Made by a program: the position numbers and the translations under genes
Notes under the pieces: model-generated
What the model was told of the DNA's origin: nothing
Seen by the model: only the letters and a program-made list of their open reading frames with translations
The model's database searches: none
Shown: piece after piece, positions 54,627-64,000 of the stretch
How the letters are laid out: each line of letters begins with the position of its first letter
Position numbering within the stretch: the first letter of the stretch is position 1
NCBI GenBank assembly: GCA_031272885.1
Contig: JAISSX010000001.1
Coordinates: 5,483 to 69,482 of the forward strand
Direction: 5' to 3'
DNA length: 64,000 bases
DNA from: Bifidobacteriaceae bacterium
GTDB lineage: Bacteria; Actinomycetota; Actinomycetes; Actinomycetales; WQXJ01

Positions 54627-56006
54627 TCAGCCGGCTGTCCGGTGGGCATTGCGCAGGATGGCGCGGATGCGCTCCAACCGCTCCGCCACCTGGCGCTCGT
54701 AGCCGCGATCGGACGGTAGGTAGTACTGGGTGCCGTCCAAGCCATCGGGCGCATAGACCTGTGGCGCGACGGCGTGTGGCGCGTCATGCGCGTACTGGTA
54801 GCCGTCCCCGTGCCCCAACCGCGCTGCGCCCGCGTAGTGGGCGTCGCGCAGATGCGCCGGCACCTGGCCGGCCTTGCCCTCCCTGACGTCCGCCAGGGCG
54901 GCCTCAATGCCAAGGTAGGCGGCGTTCGACTTAGGCGCGGTGGCCAGGTGGACCACGGCCTCGGCCAGGATGATGCGGCCTTCAGGCATGCCCACCAACT
55001 GGACGGCCTGGGCCGCCGCCACCGCCGTCTGCAGGGCGGAGGGGTCCGCCATGCCCACGTCCTCGGCCGCCAGGATCATCAGGCGGCGGGCGATGAAGCG
55101 TGGGTCCTCCCCCGCCTGGATCATGCGCGCCAGGTAGTGCAGGGCGGCGTCCACGTCAGAGCCGCGCACCGACTTGATGAAGGCGCTGATGACGTCGTAG
55201 TGCTGGTCGCCGTCGCGGTCGTACTGCACCACCGCCACGTCGATGGCCCGCTCGATGTGCGCCAACGTGACGGTGGGGGCGCCATCGGCCACCGAGTCTT
55301 CCAAGGCGGTGCCGGCCGCCGCCTCCAGGATGGTCAGCGCCTTGCGGGCATCCCCGCCGGCCAGCCGCACCAGCGCCTCGCGGGCCGCCGGGTCCAGGGT
55401 GACCGTGCCGGCCAGGCCGCGCTCATCCGCCACCGCCCGGTCCACCAGTTGCCCGATGTCGCCATCGGCCAGCGGTTCCAGGGTCAACAGCAGCGAGCGG
55501 GACAGCAGCGGCGTGATGACACTGAAGGACGGATTCTCGGTGGTGGCCGCCACCAGGGTGACGGTCCGGTTCTCCACCGCCGGCAGCAGGGCGTCCTGCT
55601 GTGACTTGGAGAAACGATGCACCTCGTCGATGAACAAGACGGTCTCTTGGCCGCCTAAGGCCAGGCGGCGTTTGGCGGCGTCGATGACGGCCCGGATGTC
55701 CTTGACGCCGGCGTTGACGGCCGAAACCTCCTCGAAAGCCCGGCCCGAGCCGCGCGCCACCAGGTAGGCCAGGGTGGTCTTACCGGTGCCGGCGGGCCCC
55801 CACAGGATGACGGACGATGGCGCCGCCCGGCCGGCGGCGGTGGTGGCCGGCTCGATCAGCCGCCGCAGCGGCGAGCCGTCCGCCAGCAGGTGCGTTTGCC
55901 CTGTGAATTCGCCCACAGTGCGGGGGCGCATCCGCACGGCCAGAGGCGCGCGCGGGTCAACCCTGTCATCCCCAGGTAGGGGTTGTTGGGCGTCGAACAG
56001 GTCCAT
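54627..56006 (-). CDS. rarA: replication-associated recombination protein A (MgsA/RarA AAA+ ATPase)
   Basis: [13 protein letters not shown] Walker [11 protein letters not shown] Walker B and the C-terminal MgsA domain ([16 protein letters not shown]). ATG at 56006 is preferred to the track start. Confidence 0.88.
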   Translation of the reverse strand: MDLFDAQQPLPGDDRVDPRAPLAVRMRPRTVGEFTGQTHLLADGSPLRRLIEPATTAAGRAAPSSVILWGPAGTGKTTLAYLVARGSGRAFEEVSAVNAGVKDIRAVIDAAKRRLALGGQETVLFIDEVHRFSKSQQDALLPAVENRTVTLVAATTENPSFSVITPLLSRSLLLTLEPLADGDIGQLVDRAVADERGLAGTVTLDPAAREALVRLAGGDARKALTILEAAAGTALEDSVADGAPTVTLAHIERAIDVAVVQYDRDGDQHYDVISAFIKSVRGSDVDAALHYLARMIQAGEDPRFIARRLMILAAEDVGMADPSALQTAVAAAQAVQLVGMPEGRIILAEAVVHLATAPKSNAAYLGIEAALADVREGKAGQVPAHLRDAHYAGAARLGHGDGYQYAHDAPHAVAPQVYAPDGLDGTQYYLPSDRGYERQVAERLERIRAILRNAHRTAG

Positions 56007-56048
56007 TGGGATCAGCCTACCGATAAGGACCACGCTAGCCTTGAGGGC

Positions 56049-58406
56049 ATGTTCAGCCGTCTGGCCCAGGCCATCATCCGCCACCCGCTGATGTGCATCA
56101 CGTCCTGGGTTGTTCTCACCGCCCTGGGGTTCATGCTGGCCATGGCCGGCCTGACCGGCGAGGGTCTGTTCGATCGTGTCACTTCGGGCGCGCCGCGCGC
56201 CGTCGATTCCGAATCGGCCCAGGCCGACGAGTTGATAGCCGACGCTCAAACCTATTCGCAGCGCATCACGCTGGCCGTCAGCGGGGTCGACCTGGACAAC
56301 GAGGCCCGCGCCACGGCCGTCTCGGTGGCCTTGACGTCAACCCGGCAGGACTTGGCCAAGCTGCCCGGCATCGCCACCAACGAGGCCGGCATCCCGCTGA
56401 TCCTGGACCCGTTGAACCCGGCCTTCTGCGCCGACGCCACCACCGAACAGCCGGTCATGTGCACCATCCAGATGCCGCAGTTCCAGTCGCTGCAGGCCGC
56501 CGATGGCAACGGCTTCCTGATGACGGTCGACATCGCCCGCGACCTGACCAAGGACGAAGAGGCTCAGGCGGCCGACGCCGTCATCGCCCGGCTGGAACAG
56601 GCCGCCCGCGAACTGCCCAGCGAGGTCGAAGGCGTCAGGGCCGAGGTGGGCGGCCAGACCATGATCCTGAACGAGTTGATCAGCCAAATGAAGGCCGATC
56701 TCGAGTTCGGCGAACTGGTGGCCCTGCCCATTGCATTGCTGGTGATGATCCTGGTGTTCGGCAGCTTCCTGGCCGCCTCCATGCCGATGATCGGGGCCCT
56801 GGCCTCAATCGGCACCACCATGGGCATCCTGTGGGCCTTCACCTACGTGTTCGACCTGCACACCTCGGTCATCAACGTGGTGACCGCCGTTGGGCTGGCC
56901 TTGTCGATCGACTATGGCCTGCTGATCGTTTCGCGCTTCAGGGAAGAACTGCGCCGCCAAGGGGCCATGCGGTCCGCCGGCGAGCCTTCGGCCCGGGGCG
57001 CCTCCCGTTCCTCCCCGGTGCAGAAGGCCCTGTCTGTCACCATCAAGACGGCCGGGCGCACCGTCTTCTTCAGCGCTCTGACCATCGCAGTGTCGGTGGC
57101 CGGCCTAATGGCGTTCAAGCCCAATATTCTGCGCGTGTTCGGCTTCGGTGGCCTGCTGGTGGTGCTGCTGGCGTTGCTGACTGCCACTATCTTGGTGCCG
57201 TCGTTGCTGGCGCTGTTCGGCCACCGGCTGACCAAGCCGTCTGTGCTGACCCGCATTCCCGGGTTGAAGTGGGTCTACGGCAAGCTGTCGGACGTGGCTT
57301 CCGATGAGGGCGCCTTTTCCAAGCTGGCCGGCCGGGTGCAACGCCGGCCCTGGTGGGTGCTGGGTGGCGTGGTGGTGCTGTTGGTGGCCGTGGCCTGGCC
57401 CATCGCCCGCACCGAGATCCGCAACTCGACCACCGAACTGCTGACGGAGGATTCGTCCCAGAAGGCCTTTACCGTGCTGATGGAAGAGCAGTACCCGCTC
57501 TACTCCCCCGGCACCATCACCGTCATCACCACCGGCGGCCAGGAATCGGTCGAAGCCCTGGTCCAGGCCACCGAGGAGTGGGCCACTGCGGAGCTGTCGC
57601 AGATCCCGAATACTTCGTTGCCCCAGGTGGGCGAGGGCGACGCCTACGTGGTGGCCCAGCCCGGCTACGCCGAGTTGGCCCTGGAAGTGCTCGATGACGA
57701 CCCGGAGGGTCGGGTGGCCAGGGACGCCGTGGCGGCGGTGCGGGCGGCGGCGCCGGACAACCTGACGGTACTGGTGACGGGGCCGGCTGCCCGGTTGGTC
57801 GACTTCGAGGCTCAACTGCGGGAAGGCACGCCGCTGGCCTTCGCCATCGTCGTGTTGGCCGCCTTCGTGTTGTTGTTCCTGATGACCGGTTCGGTGGTGA
57901 TACCGCTGAAGGCGCTGGTCACCAACCTGTTGTCACTCTGCGCCTCGATTGGCGCCGTCACCTGGCTGTTCCAGAAGCCGGGCCACTTCGGCGACCTATT
58001 GGGCTTCACGCCGATGGCCGGCATCGAGAGCTACATCCTGGTGTTGCTGCTGGTGTTTGGCTTCGGCCTGGCCATGGACTACGAGGTGTTCTTGATCTCC
58101 CGCATCAAGGAGTCCTACGACGCCACGGGTGACTCCGAACTGGCAGTGCGCAGCGGCCTGCAGCATTCCGGCCGAATCATCACTTCGGCGGCGTTGATCA
58201 TCATGGTTGTCTTCTTCGGTTTCGCCGCCGGCAAGCTGGTGGTGATCAAGGAGATCGGCCTGGGGTTGGCCGTGACGGTGGCGATCGACGCCACGCTGGT
58301 GCGAATGCTCCTGGTGCCGGCCACCATGACCATCCTGGGCAAATGGAACTGGTGGGCGCCCGGGCCGCTGCGGCGGCTACACCGCTGGGCCGGCCTGCAT
58401 CACTAA
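56049..58406 (+). CDS. MMPL-family (RND superfamily) membrane transporter
   Basis: About 785 aa with two 6-TM bundles separated by soluble loops, and typical MMPL segments ([29 protein letters not shown]). Confidence 0.85.
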   Translation: MFSRLAQAIIRHPLMCITSWVVLTALGFMLAMAGLTGEGLFDRVTSGAPRAVDSESAQADELIADAQTYSQRITLAVSGVDLDNEARATAVSVALTSTRQDLAKLPGIATNEAGIPLILDPLNPAFCADATTEQPVMCTIQMPQFQSLQAADGNGFLMTVDIARDLTKDEEAQAADAVIARLEQAARELPSEVEGVRAEVGGQTMILNELISQMKADLEFGELVALPIALLVMILVFGSFLAASMPMIGALASIGTTMGILWAFTYVFDLHTSVINVVTAVGLALSIDYGLLIVSRFREELRRQGAMRSAGEPSARGASRSSPVQKALSVTIKTAGRTVFFSALTIAVSVAGLMAFKPNILRVFGFGGLLVVLLALLTATILVPSLLALFGHRLTKPSVLTRIPGLKWVYGKLSDVASDEGAFSKLAGRVQRRPWWVLGGVVVLLVAVAWPIARTEIRNSTTELLTEDSSQKAFTVLMEEQYPLYSPGTITVITTGGQESVEALVQATEEWATAELSQIPNTSLPQVGEGDAYVVAQPGYAELALEVLDDDPEGRVARDAVAAVRAAAPDNLTVLVTGPAARLVDFEAQLREGTPLAFAIVVLAAFVLLFLMTGSVVIPLKALVTNLLSLCASIGAVTWLFQKPGHFGDLLGFTPMAGIESYILVLLLVFGFGLAMDYEVFLISRIKESYDATGDSELAVRSGLQHSGRIITSAALIIMVVFFGFAAGKLVVIKEIGLGLAVTVAIDATLVRMLLVPATMTILGKWNWWAPGPLRRLHRWAGLHH

Positions 58407-58461
58407 GCCCCGGCCGTCTTGGGTGCCGAGGGAGTCAAGCGTCAGGCCTTAGGCTGTTGTC

Positions 58462-59040
58462 ATGGAGCCTGGCCGGATACCGCAAAGTCAAGCCGAGTTG
58501 GCCCTGTCCTCCCCGACCTGGTCAGTGGCCCAGGCGGCCATTGACGCACTCGACGACCCGGTGCTGCTGGAAGAGGTGGCGCACCAGCTTGAGGCCACCC
58601 GCGATCAGACCCGGGTAGACCCGATCAGCGGCCAGGCGTGGCAGGTGGCCAGCCTGTTCCCGGCCCTGTGCAAGCGGCTGGGCCACGCGCCGGAGGTTGA
58701 TTGCGCTTGCCGGCGCTGTGGAAGTGAGCATCACGCTTGGTGGTGGTCAGGCAAGGAAGACGGCGAGATGTGCCAGCGGTGCGGTGCGATGGCGCGCTAT
58801 GAGACCTACGAGTGGACCGAGAACTGCCAAAGGTGTGGCGGCACCGGTCGGATCGAAGAGCAATCATCGCAGCTGTCTGGCCAAGGCGGCTGGTCCAGCT
58901 CCGAATCCTGCCCCGACTGCACCCCGGCCACCCGTACCCAAACCCGGCGGCGCACCACCAGGCGCATCATCTACACCGACGGCACCGAGCGCGTGCCCTA
59001 CTGGCCTGGCCGCTTTCGCCCTTCTCACCCTGCCGCCTAG
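58462..59040 (+). CDS. Cys-rich (zinc-ribbon-like) hypothetical protein
   Basis: 192 aa with CACRRC, CQRC, CQRCGGTG (DnaJ-like CxxCxGxG) and CPDC, then a basic tail. No family recognised. Confidence 0.5.
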   Translation: MEPGRIPQSQAELALSSPTWSVAQAAIDALDDPVLLEEVAHQLEATRDQTRVDPISGQAWQVASLFPALCKRLGHAPEVDCACRRCGSEHHAWWWSGKEDGEMCQRCGAMARYETYEWTENCQRCGGTGRIEEQSSQLSGQGGWSSSESCPDCTPATRTQTRRRTTRRIIYTDGTERVPYWPGRFRPSHPAA

Positions 59041-59120
59041 CCTTCGCCCCCGACCTCCCCGTCAACCTCCGTAGGCTACCCACCAGGACGCGCCCGCCCG
59101 GCTCACAACCCCCTCTCCTT

Positions 59121-59228
59121 CTCGCGAGAGTACGGTTATGTAAGCCCCGGCCGCCGCTCCAATTGCGTTTGCACAGGTCAGGGCGTTGGCTGGTTTGGCG
59201 TGCCACTACACAACCGTACTCTCGCAAG
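59121..59228 (+). repeat. MITE-like element, family 2 copy F
   Basis: TIRs CTCGCGAGAGTACGGTTATGTA (59121-59142) and TACACAACCGTACTCTCGCAAG (59207-59228). Core GCGTTTGCACAGGTCAGGG (59165-59183). Confidence 0.8.
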
Positions 59229-59423
59229 AAGAAGCAGGCGGACGTGGGGAGAGCTTGGGAGAACACAGGACTGGAACAAGTGCCAGGCTTCAGGTGCGTC
59301 CGCCTTGTCCATACCCGATGAACTCGGCTTCCAGTCTTGGGAAATGGAAATCGTCGCCAGTAACTACGAGATCTACTACATGTCGTCGGGGTCCCGTTGC
59401 GGCCAGGCTGGCCTAGCGGCGCT

Positions 59424-60269
59424 TTACAGTGCGTTCCCCACCGACCCGCTGAACTGAGTCAGCGGACCGGCGACTTCGACGGTTTCCAGGTGGTGCACCA
59501 GGCGGAAGCCGAGGCGCTCATATAGGGCCACCACGCGAGTCTCGGCCTGGTAGGCGCTCAAGGACACCACCGGGCGCTTGGCCACGTTCCCGAAAGCTTC
59601 GGCCGCCAGGGCCATCCGCGTCACCAGCCCTGAGCCGATCCCTTGGCCGCGGTAGCGCGGCCGGGTCGCCACCGACGCCAGCCGCGGCACGCCGCCGGGC
59701 ACAAGGCGCAGTAGTGCACCCACCGCCACCAGGTAGTTGTCATAGTGGGTGCGGGCGCCGCACCAGCGCCACACACCCTTGTCGCCCGGCCGGAACGACG
59801 CCCCCGGGTAGGCGCCATCGAGCAACTGGTTGATCTCGTCCAGGTCCCGCGCGTCCGGGCGCCAGTTGATGGTCCAGTTCATTCCGGGCACGTCGACCGG
59901 TTCGATCGGCGGCATCGTGGCCGCGTCGTGATACATCCAGACCCACGGGTCCCACAGGTCCTTGAACGTCAACTGCGACCGCACCTCTGACAGTGATAAC
60001 ACGCCATCGGGCACGGTCAACCAGTCGCCCGGCCGCAGGCGGCCCGTCGCGGCCAGGTAACGCAGCAGCGCCGCCGCCGCCTCGGGCGGGCCAACCACAG
60101 ACGTCTCGGGCCGTTCTTTTGGCGGGCCAGCCACCACGGCCGTGGCCGCCCCTAACGCGAAGCACTCCCCCTTCCACCGGCGTAGGCGCACCAGCGCCAA
60201 CGCCAGCAGGGGGTCGCGTGCGGCAGCCTCTTCCGGGCTGATCGGGTGAGGCAGGCCGGCCAGGCCCAC
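59424..60269 (-). CDS. GNAT family N-acetyltransferase
   Basis: Acetyl-CoA binding motif RPRYRGQGIGSGLV in the C-terminal half. The GTG start lies immediately after the aspS stop. Confidence 0.75.
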   Translation of the reverse strand: MGLAGLPHPISPEEAAARDPLLALALVRLRRWKGECFALGAATAVVAGPPKERPETSVVGPPEAAAALLRYLAATGRLRPGDWLTVPDGVLSLSEVRSQLTFKDLWDPWVWMYHDAATMPPIEPVDVPGMNWTINWRPDARDLDEINQLLDGAYPGASFRPGDKGVWRWCGARTHYDNYLVAVGALLRLVPGGVPRLASVATRPRYRGQGIGSGLVTRMALAAEAFGNVAKRPVVSLSAYQAETRVVALYERLGFRLVHHLETVEVAGPLTQFSGSVGNAL

Positions 60270-62039
60270 CTATTCGTCCTTCAGCTTCGGCTTATAGTCG
60301 ATGCCGGCCTCCTTGCGCTGGGCCGGCGTGATGGCCGATGGCGCCCCCGTCAGCGGGTCGTAGCCGCCGCCGGACTTGGGGAAGGCAATCACCTCGCGGA
60401 TCGAATCCGCGCCGGCCAGCAGGGCCGTGATGCGGTCCCAGCCGAAGGCGATGCCGCCCATGGGCGGCGCCCCGTATTGGAAGGCGTCCAGCAGGAAGCC
60501 GAACTTCTCTTGGGCCTCTTCTGGGCCGATTCCCATCACTTTGAAGACACGTTCTTGCACGTCACGGCGGTGGATACGGATGGAGCCGCCGCCAATCTCG
60601 TTGCCGTTGCAGACCATGTCGTAGGCGTAGGCCAGGGCCGAACCGGGGTCGGTGTCGAAGGTGTCCAGGTGTTCCGGGCGCGGCGAGGTGAAGGCGTGGT
60701 GCACGGCCGTCCACTGGCCGCCGCCCACGGCCACGTCGCCCTCTTCCTCGGCCTCCGTGACGGGTTTGAACAACGGCGCGTCAACAACCCACAGATGGGA
60801 CCACGAACCCGGCTTGATCAAGCCCAGCCGGCGCGCGATCTCATCGCGCGCCGCCCCCAACAACGCCTGCGACTTGGCCCGCGGCCCGGCCGCGAAGAAG
60901 ATCGCATCCCCGGGCTGGGCCCCGGTGGCACCAGGCAACGCGGCCAATTCCTGTTCGGACAGGTTCTTGGCCACCGGGCCGGCCAGTTCGCCGTCGTCGG
61001 TGATGGTGACGTAGGCCAGGCCCTTGGCGCCGCGCTGTTTGGCCCACTCCTGCCAGGCGTCAAACTGCCGGCGCGGCGTGGCCGCCCCGCCGGCCATCAC
61101 CACGGCCCCCACGTAGGGCGCCTGGAAGACCCGGAAGGCGGTGCCCTCGAAGAGCGACGTGACCTCGTGGATTTCCAGGTCGAAGCGCAGGTCAGGCTTG
61201 TCGGAGCCGTAACGGTCCATCGCCTCGCGGTAGGTCAGGCGCGGGAACGGCGTCGTCAACTCGACGCCGATCAGCCGCCACAGCGCCACCGCGATCTCTT
61301 CGCCCAACGCCAGCACGTCTTCCTGGTCCACGAAGCTCATCTCAATGTCGAGTTGCGTGAATTCGGGCTGCCGGTCCGCCCGGAAGTCCTCGTCCCGGTA
61401 GCAGCGGCAGATCTGGTAGTAGCGCTCCAGCCCGGCCACCATCAGCAGTTCCTTGAACAACTGCGGCGACTGCGGCAGGGCATACCAGTTGCCGGGTGAC
61501 AGCCGCGCCGGCACCAGGAAGTCGCGCGCGCCTTCCGGCGTGGAACGCGTCATCGTGGGCGTTTCGACCTCAACGAAGTCATGCCGGGCCAGCACTTCAC
61601 GGGCGGCGGCGTTGACGTTGGAGCGCAGCCGCATGGCGGCGGCCGGCTTGGACCGGCGCAGGTCAAGGTAGCGGTACTTCAGCCGGGCCTCTTCGCCCAC
61701 CGTGATGTGGTCGTCGATGGGGAACGGCAGCGGCGCCGCCGGGTTCAACACTTCGACTTCGGCCGCCAGCACTTCCACCTCACCGGTGGGCAGTTCGGGG
61801 TTCTCGTTGCCTTCGGGGCGCCGGCGCACCTTGCCGGTCACCTTGACCACGAACTCGGAGCGCAGTTGGTGCGCCACCGCCTCGTCGTGGATGACCACCT
61901 GGGCCACGCCAGAGGCGTCCCGCAGGTCGATGAAGGCAACGCCGCCGTGGTCACGCCGGGAGTGAACCCAGCCGGCCAGGGTGACGGTTTGGTCGATGTG
62001 TGATGGCCGTAGTTCGCCGGCCGTATGGGTACGCAGCAC
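60270..62039 (-). CDS. aspS: aspartate--tRNA ligase
   Basis: 589 aa with an OB-fold N-terminus ([19 protein letters not shown]), class II motifs ([21 protein letters not shown]) and a bacterial insertion domain. Confidence 0.92.
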   Translation of the reverse strand: MLRTHTAGELRPSHIDQTVTLAGWVHSRRDHGGVAFIDLRDASGVAQVVIHDEAVAHQLRSEFVVKVTGKVRRRPEGNENPELPTGEVEVLAAEVEVLNPAAPLPFPIDDHITVGEEARLKYRYLDLRRSKPAAAMRLRSNVNAAAREVLARHDFVEVETPTMTRSTPEGARDFLVPARLSPGNWYALPQSPQLFKELLMVAGLERYYQICRCYRDEDFRADRQPEFTQLDIEMSFVDQEDVLALGEEIAVALWRLIGVELTTPFPRLTYREAMDRYGSDKPDLRFDLEIHEVTSLFEGTAFRVFQAPYVGAVVMAGGAATPRRQFDAWQEWAKQRGAKGLAYVTITDDGELAGPVAKNLSEQELAALPGATGAQPGDAIFFAAGPRAKSQALLGAARDEIARRLGLIKPGSWSHLWVVDAPLFKPVTEAEEEGDVAVGGGQWTAVHHAFTSPRPEHLDTFDTDPGSALAYAYDMVCNGNEIGGGSIRIHRRDVQERVFKVMGIGPEEAQEKFGFLLDAFQYGAPPMGGIAFGWDRITALLAGADSIREVIAFPKSGGGYDPLTGAPSAITPAQRKEAGIDYKPKLKDE

Positions 62040-62050
62040 GGGAGATTATC

Positions 62051-63409
62051 CTACTGGCCCAGGCCCCCAGGCCCCACGCTGACGGACAGGTCGGCCGGCG
62101 GCGGGGTCCAAACATCGGCCGAGGCCTCCACCTGCTCGCCGGTGCGGATGTCCTTGACCTGGTCGGGGGCGCCATCGGCCCCAAGGAACCAAACGTACGG
62201 CACCCCGCGCTTGTCGGCGTACTTGATCTGCTTGCCGTACTTGGCGGCGGTGGGCGCCACGTCGGTGGGGATACCCCGGGCCCGCAGCCGCGCCGCCACG
62301 GCGTCCGATGCCGCCCGCTCGTCTTCTGTATCAACCGCCACCACCACGCAGGCCGGCACGGTGCGCGATGGCGCCAACAGGCCTTCGGCGATGATTCGGC
62401 TGACCAGGCGGGACACCCCGATCGACAGCCCCACTCCGGGGTAGGTCTGGGAGCCGTCGGACGCCAGCGAGTCATAGCGCCCGCCGGAACAGATCGAGCC
62501 GAGCGACTCATGGCCGCGCCAAACCGTCTCGTAGACCGAACCGGTGTAGTAGTCCAGACCGCGGGCGATCTTCAGGTCCGCCCGGACCGTACCGGGCACG
62601 CGTGCGGCCGCCGCCGCCAGCAGCGCGGCCAACTCCCCCAAGCCCTGGTCCAGCAGCTCGTTGCCGGCGCCGTAGCGCTCAGCCAAGGCCCGCACCGCCG
62701 CCGTCACCGAACCGGCGTCCTCGCCCGCGATACCGGCCAGTTCAAGGCAGGCCGAAGCCTGGTCCCCCGTGGCGCCGCCGGCCAGCAGGCCCTCGCGGAC
62801 GGCATCGGGCCCCGCCTTGTCCAACTTGTCGATCCAGCGCAGCACCTCGTCCACGTCCGCCAGGCCAAGCCCGCGGTAGAAGCCCTCGGCCACCTTGCGG
62901 TTGTTGACCAGCACGGTGAAGGCACCCACCCCCAACCCGCTGAGCGCTTCGGCCATGACCAGCGGCAGTTCCACCTCGTAGTGGAACGGCAGTGTGCCTT
63001 GCCCGATCACGTCGATATCCGCCTGGATGAACTCCCGGAAGCGGCCCTCTTGCGGCCGTTCGCCCCGCCACACCTTCTGGATCTGGTAGCGCTTGAAGGG
63101 GAAATCGAGCTGCCCCGCGTTTTCCAGCACGTAGCGGGCCAACGGCACCGTCAGGTCGAAGTGCAGCCCCAGTGTGGTGTCGTCGTAGCCGGTCTGATCG
63201 GTGTCCTGCAGGCGCCGCAACACGTAAACCTCTTTGGAGGTTTCGCCCTTGCGCAGCAGTTGCCCCAGCGGTTCAACGGCCCGGGTCTCGATGCCGCTGA
63301 AGGAGTGCAGTTCGAACACCCGCGTCAGGGTCCCGATGACGTGTGCCTCCACCGCCCGGCCGGCGGGCAGCCATTCAGGGAAACCGGACAGGGGCCGGAC
63401 GCGCGCCAT
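62051..63409 (-). CDS. hisS: histidine--tRNA ligase
   Basis: 452 aa. PLSGFPEWLP N-terminus, KVWRGERPQEGRFREF motif 2 and GGRYD motif 3. Confidence 0.9.
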   Translation of the reverse strand: MARVRPLSGFPEWLPAGRAVEAHVIGTLTRVFELHSFSGIETRAVEPLGQLLRKGETSKEVYVLRRLQDTDQTGYDDTTLGLHFDLTVPLARYVLENAGQLDFPFKRYQIQKVWRGERPQEGRFREFIQADIDVIGQGTLPFHYEVELPLVMAEALSGLGVGAFTVLVNNRKVAEGFYRGLGLADVDEVLRWIDKLDKAGPDAVREGLLAGGATGDQASACLELAGIAGEDAGSVTAAVRALAERYGAGNELLDQGLGELAALLAAAAARVPGTVRADLKIARGLDYYTGSVYETVWRGHESLGSICSGGRYDSLASDGSQTYPGVGLSIGVSRLVSRIIAEGLLAPSRTVPACVVVAVDTEDERAASDAVAARLRARGIPTDVAPTAAKYGKQIKYADKRGVPYVWFLGADGAPDQVKDIRTGEQVEASADVWTPPPADLSVSVGPGGLGQ

Positions 63410-63538
63410 GGGTTAGCTCCTTTCAGGGTCGTCGCAGGGAACGCCTCTACAGTAGTGGACCTGGTCAGCGCGGCCGGTACGGCCGCCGCTAGACTTGGCA
63501 AGGTTGCAGGCGCGAGCGGCGAAGGAGCAGAACCCCAG

Positions 63539-64000
63539 ATGATGGCGACCAAAGGCAGCAAGCAACGTCAACGGGCGCGGGAACGGCGCCGGGCTTTGGC
63601 CTACCAGGCCCGCATCCAGGCGAAAGCGAAGCGGCGGCGGCGCAACCGGATCATCGCCGCCGTGGTGGTGGCGGCCCTGGCGCTGGGCGGTGTGGTTTGG
63701 CTGCTGATAGCGAAACTGGGCGGCAACGACTCTGGTACCTCCAGCGACGTCGCGTCGGCCTATGCCACCAACTACGATGTCGATTCGCCCACCCCCACCA
63801 ACACGGTGCCGGCCACCGCCCGGGCCACCTACACGGCGGTACCCGATGCCTCGCTGTCGGAAAACAGAAGTTGGAACGGCATGATCTTCACCAACCTGGG
63901 TGAGATCGAGATCCTGCTGTACGGAGAAGAGGCGCCCCAAAACGTGGCCAACTTCGTCACCCTGGCCAAGGATGGCTACTACGACGGCACCACCTGCCAT
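63539..64000 (+). CDS. membrane-anchored cyclophilin-type peptidyl-prolyl isomerase (5' part, runs off the right edge)
   Basis: Frame open from ATG at 63539 to the window end (154 codons, so not in the ORF track). Basic N-terminus, a TM helix (IIAAVVVAALALGGVVWLLI), then the cyclophilin start FTNLGEIEILLYGEEAPQNVANFVTLAKDGYYDGTTCH. Confidence 0.8.
   Translation, partial: MMATKGSKQRQRARERRRALAYQARIQAKAKRRRRNRIIAAVVVAALALGGVVWLLIAKLGGNDSGTSSDVASAYATNYDVDSPTPTNTVPATARATYTAVPDASLSENRSWNGMIFTNLGEIEILLYGEEAPQNVANFVTLAKDGYYDGTTCH

Noticed and set aside
59344-59457. Possible 37-codon small ORF (MEIVASNYEIYYMSSGSRCGQAGLAALYSAFPTDPLN) with G/C-rich third positions in the gap after repeat F.
   Set aside because: There is no convincing Shine-Dalgarno at proper spacing, its end overlaps the convergent GNAT gene 3' end by 34 nt, and no homology is recognised. 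It is too weak to call without conservation or ribosome-profiling data.

Overview
High-GC window (roughly two-thirds G+C by eye) from an actinobacterial chromosome. Lineage markers are rbpA, mshC (mycothiol), a fused pafBC, and DUF4192, DUF3866, DUF5703 and PAC2 family genes. It is almost entirely conserved housekeeping DNA: metF, rbpA, lnt, helY, pafBC, metH, mshC, proC, malQ, the parA-scpA-scpB-rluB-tyrA-cmk-plsC-der cluster, xerD, tkt-zwf-opcA, rarA, an MMPL transporter, aspS, hisS and one tRNA-Pro(GGG). Many long ORFs in the six-frame track are antisense or overlapping high-GC artefacts and are not reported. I see no convincing novel multi-gene protein system such as a defence island, toxin-antitoxin pair, BGC or prophage. 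What the genes do not explain is a dense set of small non-coding repeats in the intergenic gaps. (1) A palindromic GTTACAGGGGAC(GGTTCC) element sits at two convergent-gene junctions; at one it supplies identical VTGD-repeat tails and stop codons to both flanking genes. (2) Two families of MITE-like elements of about 100-110 bp have different terminal inverted repeats but share an internal core, GCGTTTAYGCAGGTCAGRG. There are six full copies plus truncated and solo cores, and one copy supplies the stop codon of xerD. (3) A gene-free gap of about 970 bp (33.06-34.04 kb) contains a hairpin repeat and two opposed arrays of a 13-bp motif phased at exactly 31 bp, which looks like a protein-binding array. 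Secondary observations are a Pup-proteasome-type neighbourhood lacking all proteasome genes, a NUDIX-NYN fusion, a Ser/Thr kinase lacking the catalytic-loop lysine, and tkt-zwf-opcA without tal or pgl. All family assignments rest on motif recognition and recalled homology, not on searches. Start codons are often uncertain.
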